From: Candidatus Krumholzibacteriota bacterium
GTDB lineage: Bacteria; Krumholzibacteriota; Krumholzibacteriia; LZORAL124-64-63
Assembly (NCBI GenBank): GCA_039714075.1
Contig: JBDLKA010000104.1
Span: 1 to 11,859 of the forward strand
DNA: 11,859 bases
Reading direction: 5' to 3'
The position numbers were made by a program, and so were the translations under genes. Each line of letters starts with the position of its first letter. The first letter of the stretch is position 1. Below are positions 1 through 6,328 of this stretch, piece after piece. The notes beneath the pieces were generated by a model. That model saw only the letters and a list, made by a program, of their open reading frames with translations. It was not told where the DNA came from and did no database searches.

Positions 1-51
1 CCCGCGAAGATCTGGTGGGATAACGAGCGCCCTCAAGGGGACCGGCCGTGA
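1..51 (+). CDS. Probable 3' end of an upstream gene (partial, ...PAKIWWDNERPQGDRP*)
   Basis: Frame +1 is open from base 1 to TGA at 49-51. That stop overlaps the GTG start at 48 (GTGA), the usual coupled-gene arrangement. Too short to assign a function. Confidence 0.5.
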   Translation, partial: PAKIWWDNERPQGDRP

Positions 52-440
52 ACAAGAGAAATTCCTGGGAGCGTTTCGAAGCGGTGGGGGTGGCGCTGGT
101 CGTCCTGCACAGTCTCGTGCTGGGGGTCATGCTGATCTTCCTGCCGGGCTGGACCTTGGAGTTCGCGGGCTTCGACGGTCCGGACGACTATTTCTTTCCC
201 CGCCAATCGGGCGCCTTCCACATCGTCGTCGCCCTCGGGTACGCCCTGGAGTACCGTCGGTCCCGCGGCATCACCCTCATTCTCCTGGCGAAATTCACCG
301 CCGTGGTCTTCCTGCTGCTGCTCAGTCCATGGGACAAGGCCTGGTCGGTGCCCTTTTCGGGAATCGCCGATGGTCTCATGCTGGTGGGGATGACGCTTCT
401 CCACGGCCAGGCCAGCCGCAGAAGGATGGAGAAGCTGTAG
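48..440 (+). CDS. Small integral membrane protein of unknown function, about 4 TM helices
   Basis: 130 aa with four hydrophobic segments (VGVALVVLHSLVLGVMLIFL; GAFHIVVALGYAL; ITLILLAKFTAVVFLLLL; FSGIADGLMLVGMTLL). AAGGGG RBS upstream of the GTG; GC-rich third positions. Confidence 0.8.
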   Translation: MNKRNSWERFEAVGVALVVLHSLVLGVMLIFLPGWTLEFAGFDGPDDYFFPRQSGAFHIVVALGYALEYRRSRGITLILLAKFTAVVFLLLLSPWDKAWSVPFSGIADGLMLVGMTLLHGQASRRRMEKL

Positions 441-446
441 CGGGCA

Positions 447-1976
447 TCAATCCCGCTTGCGGTCGCAGGGGCTTCGCCCTCCGTGGCCGCTCTGCTCGTG
501 TAGCCGGTCGCAGGTCTCCATCACCTGGTCGATGCCGAACCTGATGGTCATCGTGATGCAACTGTACAGATAGGGCTGCACTTCGGTGGACTCGGGGTCG
601 TCGATCAGGGCCTTGATGCAGATGCTGTCCAGGGTCTCCAGGGCCCCGACGATCTCCTCCGGGGCGAACCCCTGCTCGATTCTCCTGCTGGCCACTTCGC
701 GGCAATAGGACATGAACTCGGTCTTCATGCGCGTCCGCACGGCGTTGAACAGGTTGCGCAGGACCATGCGGAGGATCCAGTCCAGGTCCTTGGGGGACAT
801 GTTCCCGTAACTCGGGAAATCCTGCCGCAGGGTCCGGGCGGACTCCTCGATGATGTCCTCCTTGTTCTTCACCATCAACGAATGGATCTTCAGGTTGGGG
901 CGGAACCGCACCATCTTCATGGCGTCCCGGTTGCGCCGGGTCCACTCGATCCGGTCGTACTTGAAGTTCTCGATCAGGAACGGCAGCCGGTACAGGATCT
1001 CCAGTCTCCGGCGGGGGAACCAGTTCAGGCGCTCCCGGGTCCGGGAGGCGTCGACGCCCAGTTCCATGTCGACGTACCGGGCCATCCAGGGGCGCTCGAA
1101 GGGTTTCTCGTCGAGAAACCTGCCCACGATGCCCTGGACGACGATGCCGGGCTTGATCAGGGGCCGGGGCATGTGGAACGGAGGCTTGGCGTGGTCGAAG
1201 AAGTACTGGGTGGCTTCGATGAAGAGCTGTTCGTGGGAAACCGCCCCGTCGGGGCTGGCGAGCAGGATCTCCCCGTCCTCCAGGTCCACGTTGCGGACGA
1301 TGATTCGGACCAGGCAGCTCACCAGGTCGTTGACGTGCAGGTAGGGGATCGCGGAATTGCCCCGTCCGCCGAGGATGCGCCGGTTCCAGGCCCGCGACAG
1401 CCAGGTGCGCAGGAACATGTACAGGGGAGGGTATTCGCACCAGTCCGAGAACAGGGCCGCGAACCTCACGATGACCGAAGGAAAGTCGTCGCGATACCCG
1501 GCCAGCATGGCCTCGCCCATGGCCTTGGTCTTGGCGTAGATGTGGTCCCCGTCCGGAGGACTCGATTCGGTCAGGGCCTCGCCGGACGGTGGAAAGGCGC
1601 AGGCCGCCACGGAGCTCGAGAAGATGAACCGGCGGGGCTTCAGCACCCGGCAGTGCTCCAGGACATTGCGCAGGCCCTCGACGTTTGTGCGGTAGTATTC
1701 GGGATGGTCCTCCCCGGTGAAATCGTAGTGGGCCGCCAGATGGATCACGAATTCCACCGGGCCGCCGGCCTGGATCTCCGCGAAGACCTGGTCCAGGGTC
1801 ACCGAGTCCCCGATGTCCACCTGGTGCCACGTGATGTTCGGATGGAAGGGCGCACCGCAGCGGGCCTGCGACCGCCGACCCAGGCCGACGATCTCGTACT
1901 CCTCCTTGAGGCTGTCCAGCAGGTGCCGCCCCACGAAACCCGAGGCCCCGGTCACGATGATGCGCGGTAGAATCAT
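447..1976 (-). CDS. Extended SDR (NAD-dependent epimerase/dehydratase family) oxidoreductase with a C-terminal all-helical RsbRD_N/globin-like domain
   Basis: Rossmann motif IIVTGASGFVG, plus VIHLAA, FSSS and the catalytic YxxxK (YAKTK). About 140 extra C-terminal residues include VASRRIEQGFAPEEIVGAL. GGAGAGG RBS upstream. Confidence 0.9.
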   Translation of the reverse strand: MILPRIIVTGASGFVGRHLLDSLKEEYEIVGLGRRSQARCGAPFHPNITWHQVDIGDSVTLDQVFAEIQAGGPVEFVIHLAAHYDFTGEDHPEYYRTNVEGLRNVLEHCRVLKPRRFIFSSSVAACAFPPSGEALTESSPPDGDHIYAKTKAMGEAMLAGYRDDFPSVIVRFAALFSDWCEYPPLYMFLRTWLSRAWNRRILGGRGNSAIPYLHVNDLVSCLVRIIVRNVDLEDGEILLASPDGAVSHEQLFIEATQYFFDHAKPPFHMPRPLIKPGIVVQGIVGRFLDEKPFERPWMARYVDMELGVDASRTRERLNWFPRRRLEILYRLPFLIENFKYDRIEWTRRNRDAMKMVRFRPNLKIHSLMVKNKEDIIEESARTLRQDFPSYGNMSPKDLDWILRMVLRNLFNAVRTRMKTEFMSYCREVASRRIEQGFAPEEIVGALETLDSICIKALIDDPESTEVQPYLYSCITMTIRFGIDQVMETCDRLHEQSGHGGRSPCDRKRD

Positions 1977-1994
1977 GGCCTCTCCAGGTCCGGC

Positions 1995-2438
1995 TCAGCC
2001 GCCGATGATCACTTCGGTCTCCGTCAGTTTCACTTCGATTTCCCGTAGCGCGTCGCGGGGCGGCCCGTAGGTAGGCCGCCCCGCCGCGTCGAATTTTCCC
2101 TCGTGGCAGGGGCAGAGGTAGATCTGTTCGGCCTCGACCCACCGCACGTTGCATCCCTGGTGGGTGCAAAGGAGCGAGCGGGCCGTCACGGCGTCCACGG
2201 TGCGGACAACCTCCACCGCCCGGTCGTCCCTTTCCAGGCGAACGCGGCGGTTCAGGGGCAGCTCGCCCAGCGGGATGGAAAGGGGTCCCGGCTCCTCGGC
2301 TCCGGGCCGGCAACCCGACAGGAGGTTCCACAGGGGCGCGGCCAGGCACGCGGCGAAGACGCCGCAGCCGCGGGTCATGAATTTCCTCCGGTCGATGACC
2401 CTGAACACAGGTTCGGCATGCCGTCGGGAATCAGTCAC
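1995..2438 (-). CDS. Rieske [2Fe-2S] protein (QcrA/PetC-like) with twin-arginine signal and possible lipobox
   Basis: Box I CTHQGC, box II CPCHEG and a downstream GPP loop. N-terminal DRRKFM, a hydrophobic stretch, then LLSG|C. The GTG start overlaps the hypC 3' end by 8 nt. Confidence 0.93.
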   Translation of the reverse strand: MTDSRRHAEPVFRVIDRRKFMTRGCGVFAACLAAPLWNLLSGCRPGAEEPGPLSIPLGELPLNRRVRLERDDRAVEVVRTVDAVTARSLLCTHQGCNVRWVEAEQIYLCPCHEGKFDAAGRPTYGPPRDALREIEVKLTETEVIIGG

Positions 2439-2682
2439 GGGAAGGAGGCTCGGGCATGGGAGCGTTGCCGAGTTCGCGCAGGGTTTCGATTGTCCTGGCG
2501 GCCTGGCCCTCGTCCAGGAGGGTCAGGGCGAAACCCGCGTGGACGAGGACGAAGTCACCGGGTTCGGCCTCGGGCACGTAGGCCAGGCAGACCTCGAGGG
2601 CCGAGCCGTCGAAATCGACGGTTCCCATGCGAACAAATCCATCCATGATTGCAGTGATTCGACCGGGAACGCCAAGGCACAT
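2431..2682 (-). CDS. hypC: [NiFe]-hydrogenase maturation chaperone, HypC/HybG/HupF family
   Basis: Diagnostic N-terminus MCLGVPG and GDFVLVHAGFAL motif; 83 aa; AGGGGAG RBS upstream. Confidence 0.96.
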   Translation of the reverse strand: MCLGVPGRITAIMDGFVRMGTVDFDGSALEVCLAYVPEAEPGDFVLVHAGFALTLLDEGQAARTIETLRELGNAPMPEPPSRD

Positions 2683-2777
2683 GTGGACAATCTCCCCTGT
2701 TGATCAGGTCGGATTCCACAGTACCGCGCGGCGCGGTTTTTTTCCAGCAGTCCCTTGCCTAAATAGGGTTTGATATG

Positions 2778-2816
2778 AAAAAAGGCCGGAGCAAAACGCT
2801 CCGACCTTTCTTTTTG
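2778..2816 (-). terminator. Intrinsic terminator of the multiheme cytochrome gene, potentially bidirectional
   Basis: Minus strand reads AAAGGTCGGAGC-GTTTT-GCTCCGGCC-TTTTTT just after the TAG stop. The other strand also has a T-rich run. Confidence 0.85.
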
Positions 2817-2820
2817 ATTG

Positions 2821-3822
2821 CTACTGGATCGCCGTTAACGCCTCGATGGAGTTCATCAACAAAGCTTCCGCATAGCGGGGGTTGTGCACGCCGAGGCTGC
2901 GGTCCTCCGCCAGGCCGATCCAGTTGAAGAACGCCTGGGCCTGGACCATGGAGTAGGTGCCGACGACAGGTTCGTAGGCCTCGTCCTCGACGACCCATTC
3001 AATGACGCCCTGGGCCAGCAGAAGATCCTGGAGTTCATCCAGGAGGGCCTGGGTATCGGTCTGGACGCCGCCATAGTCGAAATCGGCGGTGGCGTGGCAA
3101 CCCTGGCAGCTGGCCAGGCTGGTGTGCCAGGTGTGCCCGCCTTCGCCATCGGTGTATTCACCCATATGGCAGGTGACACAGACAGCCCCGGCCGACACGT
3201 GAATGCTGCTGGTCGGATAGGCGGTGGACCCGGCGATCTCGGCGAACAGGACACCTTCCAGGACGTTGGCCTGGGGCCCGTGATGCGGTCCGTAGTGCGT
3301 GCTCGTGATCTCGAAGGTCTCGCCCGGGTCGGTAATGTTGGGCTCGTTGCGCCGGGACTGGTGGCAGTTGGCGCACAGGTTGCTGGTGCCGCCGAAGTCG
3401 ACCACGTAATCACCGAAGCCCTCATCCGCGATGAAGGCCACCGGCGCGGTGGTCCGCAGGGCGTAATCCTCACCCTGGAAGGTTTCGTGGACCTTGTGGC
3501 AGTGCGCGCAGTTGATGGCGACCGGAGTATTGATGTTGCCGTCCACACCGCCGGTTTCCTGGAACTCGACGAAGCCGTTTCCGCTATGGCAATAGGTGCA
3601 GTAGGAGCGGGTGCCCGCGTAACCCACGTACTCGCCCAGGGCGTGGCCCGAACGCGCGTACTGGATGTTGATGGCGTTCTGGACCTCGGTGTTGTGGCAG
3701 TCGAGACAGGCCGTGCTTCCATCGGCGCCGGCGGGACCGGCTGGTCCCTGGTCGCCTTCACAACCCCAGAATGCAAGGACGGGAATCAGAAAGAGCAGCC
3801 AGACTAATCGATGGAACTTCAT
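2821..3822 (-). CDS. Hexaheme c-type cytochrome lipoprotein with collagen-like linker and helical C-terminus
   Basis: Six CxxCH motifs: CLDCH, CTYCH, CAHCH, CANCH, CVTCH, CQGCH. Signal peptide MKFHRLVWLLFLIPVLAFWG|C, then GDQGPAGPAGADG. Start placed at ATG 3822 rather than 3849 because GGGGGAGG lies just upstream of it. Confidence 0.93.
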   Translation of the reverse strand: MKFHRLVWLLFLIPVLAFWGCEGDQGPAGPAGADGSTACLDCHNTEVQNAINIQYARSGHALGEYVGYAGTRSYCTYCHSGNGFVEFQETGGVDGNINTPVAINCAHCHKVHETFQGEDYALRTTAPVAFIADEGFGDYVVDFGGTSNLCANCHQSRRNEPNITDPGETFEITSTHYGPHHGPQANVLEGVLFAEIAGSTAYPTSSIHVSAGAVCVTCHMGEYTDGEGGHTWHTSLASCQGCHATADFDYGGVQTDTQALLDELQDLLLAQGVIEWVVEDEAYEPVVGTYSMVQAQAFFNWIGLAEDRSLGVHNPRYAEALLMNSIEALTAIQ

Positions 3823-3873
3823 GAAAGACCTCCCCCAGGTAGAATTCATGTAAACCAGTGGGCTGACGGGAAT

Positions 3874-3930
3874 ATCATAGACAAACGATAACGGGCTGTC
3901 AACTAAGTGTTAATAAATAAACAACTAAAA
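3874..3930 (-). promoter_or_regulatory. Near-consensus sigma70 promoter for the cytochrome gene with AT-rich UP-element-like region
   Basis: Minus strand: TTGACA (3902-3897), 17 nt, TATGAT (3879-3874). An A/T-rich tract at 3903-3932 lies immediately upstream. Confidence 0.8.
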
Positions 3931-3964
3931 TATTGACAGCACAATAGTGGGAGTTTTCCTGTGG

Positions 3965-4897
3965 TTACCGGGCGGTTTTGGCTTTGGCCGCACCGTCGCG
4001 CAGCAGAAGAGCGGTGAAGACCAGGACCGTGGCCACCAGGAACCGCGGGGTGAGGTTTTCGCCGCGGAAAGCGATGCCCAATACCGCGGCGATCACCGGC
4101 TGCAGGAAGATATACAGGGCCACCCGGGTGGCCTGCACCCTTTTGACCGCCCACAGGTTCAAAAAGTAGGTCACCACCGTGGCGCCGAGGATGACGTAGA
4201 CCATCACCCCGCCCAACTGTGGCGTGACCACGGAAAAATCCGTGGCCAGAAGGCTGGATCCGCCGTAGATCATCATGCCCAGGGCGCCGAAGAAGAAGAT
4301 CACCGTGGTGGCGGCCAGCGGATCGTTGCGGGCCATGACCCGGCGGCTTAGAACCACGAACATGGCGTAGCTGGCCGCGTTGGTCAGGGTCAGCAGGTCG
4401 CCCGTGAGATAGCGCTGGTCCAGGGTGAACCGGTCGGCGCCCAGCAGCACCAGCACCCCGGCGATGCCCGCGGCGAAACCCAGGGCCTTGCGCCAGGTCA
4501 GGATTTCCTGCCGGGCCAGCACGGAGAACAGCAGGACGAAGGTGGGAATCTGACTGCAGATCAGGGCCGAGTGGCCGACGGTGGTGCGCGACAGGCCTTC
4601 CAGGAAAAAGCCCTGGTTGAAGACCACCCCGAACAGGGCGCAGACCGCCAGCAGCCACAGGTCCCGGCGCGGAGGCAGGCGCCGGCGCCCCACCGCAGCC
4701 ACGAGCGCCAGCACCAGGAACGCCCCGCTGGTGCGCAGGACGGCCCAGGCCGCCGGCGACATGGCGGTGACGATGACCTTCGAGGCCAGGTAGTTGATGC
4801 CGAAAAGGACCTGGATGGTGAGCAGTCCCGCCCGCACCTTCGCCTGCGAAGTGGGGGCGGTTGTTTCTGCGGCGTCCGACGGGACCGTTTGGTTCAT
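3965..4897 (-). CDS. EamA/DMT family transporter (about 10 TM)
   Basis: Two EamA-like repeats (LFGINYLASK...LRTSGA...FFLEGLSRTTVGHSALI...; GDLLTLTNAASYA...YIFLQPVIAAVLG). Start is probably ATG 4897 (MNQTV); the upstream extension of the 466-aa ORF is antisense to the barrel gene. Confidence 0.92.
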   Translation of the reverse strand: MNQTVPSDAAETTAPTSQAKVRAGLLTIQVLFGINYLASKVIVTAMSPAAWAVLRTSGAFLVLALVAAVGRRRLPPRRDLWLLAVCALFGVVFNQGFFLEGLSRTTVGHSALICSQIPTFVLLFSVLARQEILTWRKALGFAAGIAGVLVLLGADRFTLDQRYLTGDLLTLTNAASYAMFVVLSRRVMARNDPLAATTVIFFFGALGMMIYGGSSLLATDFSVVTPQLGGVMVYVILGATVVTYFLNLWAVKRVQATRVALYIFLQPVIAAVLGIAFRGENLTPRFLVATVLVFTALLLRDGAAKAKTAR

Positions 4898-4942
4898 GAA
4901 AGCAGGGAACCTGGAATCGAGGGTGGTGTTTTCATCCTCCCA

Positions 4943-4970
4943 ACCATAACTCCACATTTCCGCCACGCAA
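4943..4970 (-). promoter_or_regulatory. Possible sigma70 promoter for the EamA gene
   Basis: Minus strand: TTGCGT (4970-4965), 16 nt, TATGGT (4948-4943), about 45 nt upstream of ATG 4897. Confidence 0.45.
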
Positions 4971-4998
4971 TCCCAATCCCGGGGGGGAAGCGATTGCG

Positions 4999-5027
4999 TT
5001 GCCACCGGGCGGTTCGGGATATATGAT
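4999..5027 (+). promoter_or_regulatory. sigma70 promoter for the outer-membrane barrel gene
   Basis: TTGCCA (4999-5004), 17 nt, TATGAT (5022-5027). Confidence 0.65.
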
Positions 5028-5101
5028 CCCCGGGTCATTGTCGCGGGGCCCGTCCGCTTGCAGGCGGGTAAAGACCAGGAATGAACCGGAGAACGCCAGA
5101 C

Positions 5102-5788
5102 ATGATCCCAGACCGATTCCCTTCCCGAATATTCGCCGCCATGCTGCTGGCCGCCTGCCTGACGGCCGCCGCCGGTCCCGCCCATGCCGGCGGCCATCCT
5201 TCCAGCCAGGTGGTTTTCGAGGTGGGGTACGTCACCCCCTCCGGCGACCTCGCCGACGATTTCTTCACCACCGGTCTGGGTCTCGGCATCAAGGAAGGCC
5301 TCGAACTGGGCTTCCGCTGGCGGTACCGTTTTTCCGAATCGCTGTCCGTGTCCCCCTCGTTCCATTTCGTGGACTACAAGAATTTCAAGGGGGAAAACGA
5401 AGCGGCCGGGGCCTACCGGATCAAACCTTCAACCCTGCGTTACAGCCTGGAACTGATGTACGTCCTGCTGGATTCGGACGCCGCGGTGCGGCCCTTCCTG
5501 GCCGCGAGCGGGGGTATCGTCCGGAACCGGGTCGAGGGTTACTGGAAGACCTTCGAAAAGGCGTTCGATTCATCTGTCAGCGCGGCGGGCTTCGCCGGCA
5601 GGGCCGGCTTCCTGGTGGGGGACTTCGAATTCAGTGCGGTCTACAACGTCAACCGCTTCGACACCTGGCGTTTTTTCAACACCGGCTACGAGGAAAGCTA
5701 CGTCTGGGACAACCTGGTCCTGCGGGCGGGATGGATCATTCCCTTCTATAAGGAACCCAGATCCGAAAGAGAAGACGACGAGGAATAG
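5102..5788 (+). CDS. Small outer-membrane beta-barrel protein (OmpA-TM/OMP_b-brl-like, about 8 strands)
   Basis: Sec signal ending PAHA|. Alternating amphipathic strands include VVFEVGY, LELGFRWRYRF, LRYSLELMYV, VRPFLAASGG, FAGRAGF, FEFSAVYN and LVLRAGWII. GGAG RBS before ATG 5102; 5081 is an alternative start. Confidence 0.85.
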   Translation: MIPDRFPSRIFAAMLLAACLTAAAGPAHAGGHPSSQVVFEVGYVTPSGDLADDFFTTGLGLGIKEGLELGFRWRYRFSESLSVSPSFHFVDYKNFKGENEAAGAYRIKPSTLRYSLELMYVLLDSDAAVRPFLAASGGIVRNRVEGYWKTFEKAFDSSVSAAGFAGRAGFLVGDFEFSAVYNVNRFDTWRFFNTGYEESYVWDNLVLRAGWIIPFYKEPRSEREDDEE

Positions 5789-5792
5789 ATGG

Positions 5793-5829
5793 AAAAGGCC
5801 GCCGGTTGTCGTAACCGGCGGCCTTTTTT
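5793..5829. terminator. Bidirectional intrinsic terminator between the convergent barrel and Fn3 genes
   Basis: AAAAGGCCGCCGGTT-GTCGT-AACCGGCGGCCTTTTTT: a perfect long stem with A and T tracts on both sides. Confidence 0.92.
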
Positions 5830-5881
5830 GCCGTTGCGGCAGTCCGAGAGTCCGGATCCCACCATCAACAGTCAGGATCGA

Positions 5882-6244
5882 TCAGAACAGGATGGGTTTG
5901 CCCGGCTGCCCCGGTGCTCCGGCGTCGGGCAGGTACGGGTCGCTGGGCAATGAATAGGGGCCCTGCCGGTTCGAGGCGTCCACTCCTGCGACGCGGATCT
6001 GGTGGGACTGGCCCACCGTGGCGGTCAGGGTGTAGGTGTTGTCGGTCGAGGTGGCGATCTGGGTCCACTGGCCACCGTCCACCGAATGCTCGATGACGTA
6101 GAAATCGACAGGGGTTCCGGTGGTGGGGGCGGTCCAGGTATAGCTGACCGGCATCTCGGTCTGTGCAAGTGAAGATGCGGCGGGCAGGATTACCGCGAGC
6201 AGCACGGCGATCAGGGTGACTTTCACAAGATTGGTGGGTCGCAT
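5882..6244 (-). CDS. Small secreted single fibronectin type III-like domain protein (120 aa)
   Basis: Signal peptide MRPTNLVKVTLIAVLLAVILPAASSLA|. Fn3 hallmarks VSYTWTAP, VDFYVIEHS, QWTQI, YTLT, HQIRVAGVD and GPYS. AAGGA RBS upstream. Start moved from 6418 to ATG 6244 so that it lies downstream of the sigma54 site. Confidence 0.88.
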   Translation of the reverse strand: MRPTNLVKVTLIAVLLAVILPAASSLAQTEMPVSYTWTAPTTGTPVDFYVIEHSVDGGQWTQIATSTDNTYTLTATVGQSHQIRVAGVDASNRQGPYSLPSDPYLPDAGAPGQPGKPILF

Positions 6245-6312
6245 TTCTTCTGCATTCCTTTTCGTACCCTTTGGGCGGGTGGAAACTCGGGTTGTCGCTT
6301 CTGGCCGAAAAT

Positions 6313-6328
6313 TGCAAGGCCGGTGCCA
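6313..6328 (-). promoter_or_regulatory. sigma54 (RpoN) -24/-12 promoter for the Fn3 gene
   Basis: Minus strand TGGCAC-CGGCC-TTGCA with exact GG-N10-GC spacing. Predicted TSS is near 6302, about 58 nt upstream of ATG 6244. Confidence 0.8.

Noticed and set aside
376..2349. 657-aa minus-strand ORF and the + strand ORFs 850-1344 and 882-1970
   Set aside because: They are alternative-frame or antisense shadows of the SDR and Rieske genes, with Arg/Pro/Gly-rich or motif-free translations typical of high-GC DNA.
2821..3822. Calling the cytochrome nrfA
   Set aside because: It has six CxxCH motifs and no CxxCK, and no nrfH/nrfBCD neighbours. Only the C-terminal motif is reminiscent.
4898..5365. 156-aa N-terminal extension of the EamA ORF
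   Set aside because: It overlaps the barrel gene on the opposite strand and the divergent promoter region. EamA-like sequence begins only after Met at 4897.
2821..5788. Porin-cytochrome (MtrAB/Pcc-like) conduit made of the hexaheme lipoprotein and the beta-barrel
   Set aside because: The genes are on opposite strands, separated by EamA and separately promoted. A ~200-aa barrel is too small to sheath a cytochrome.
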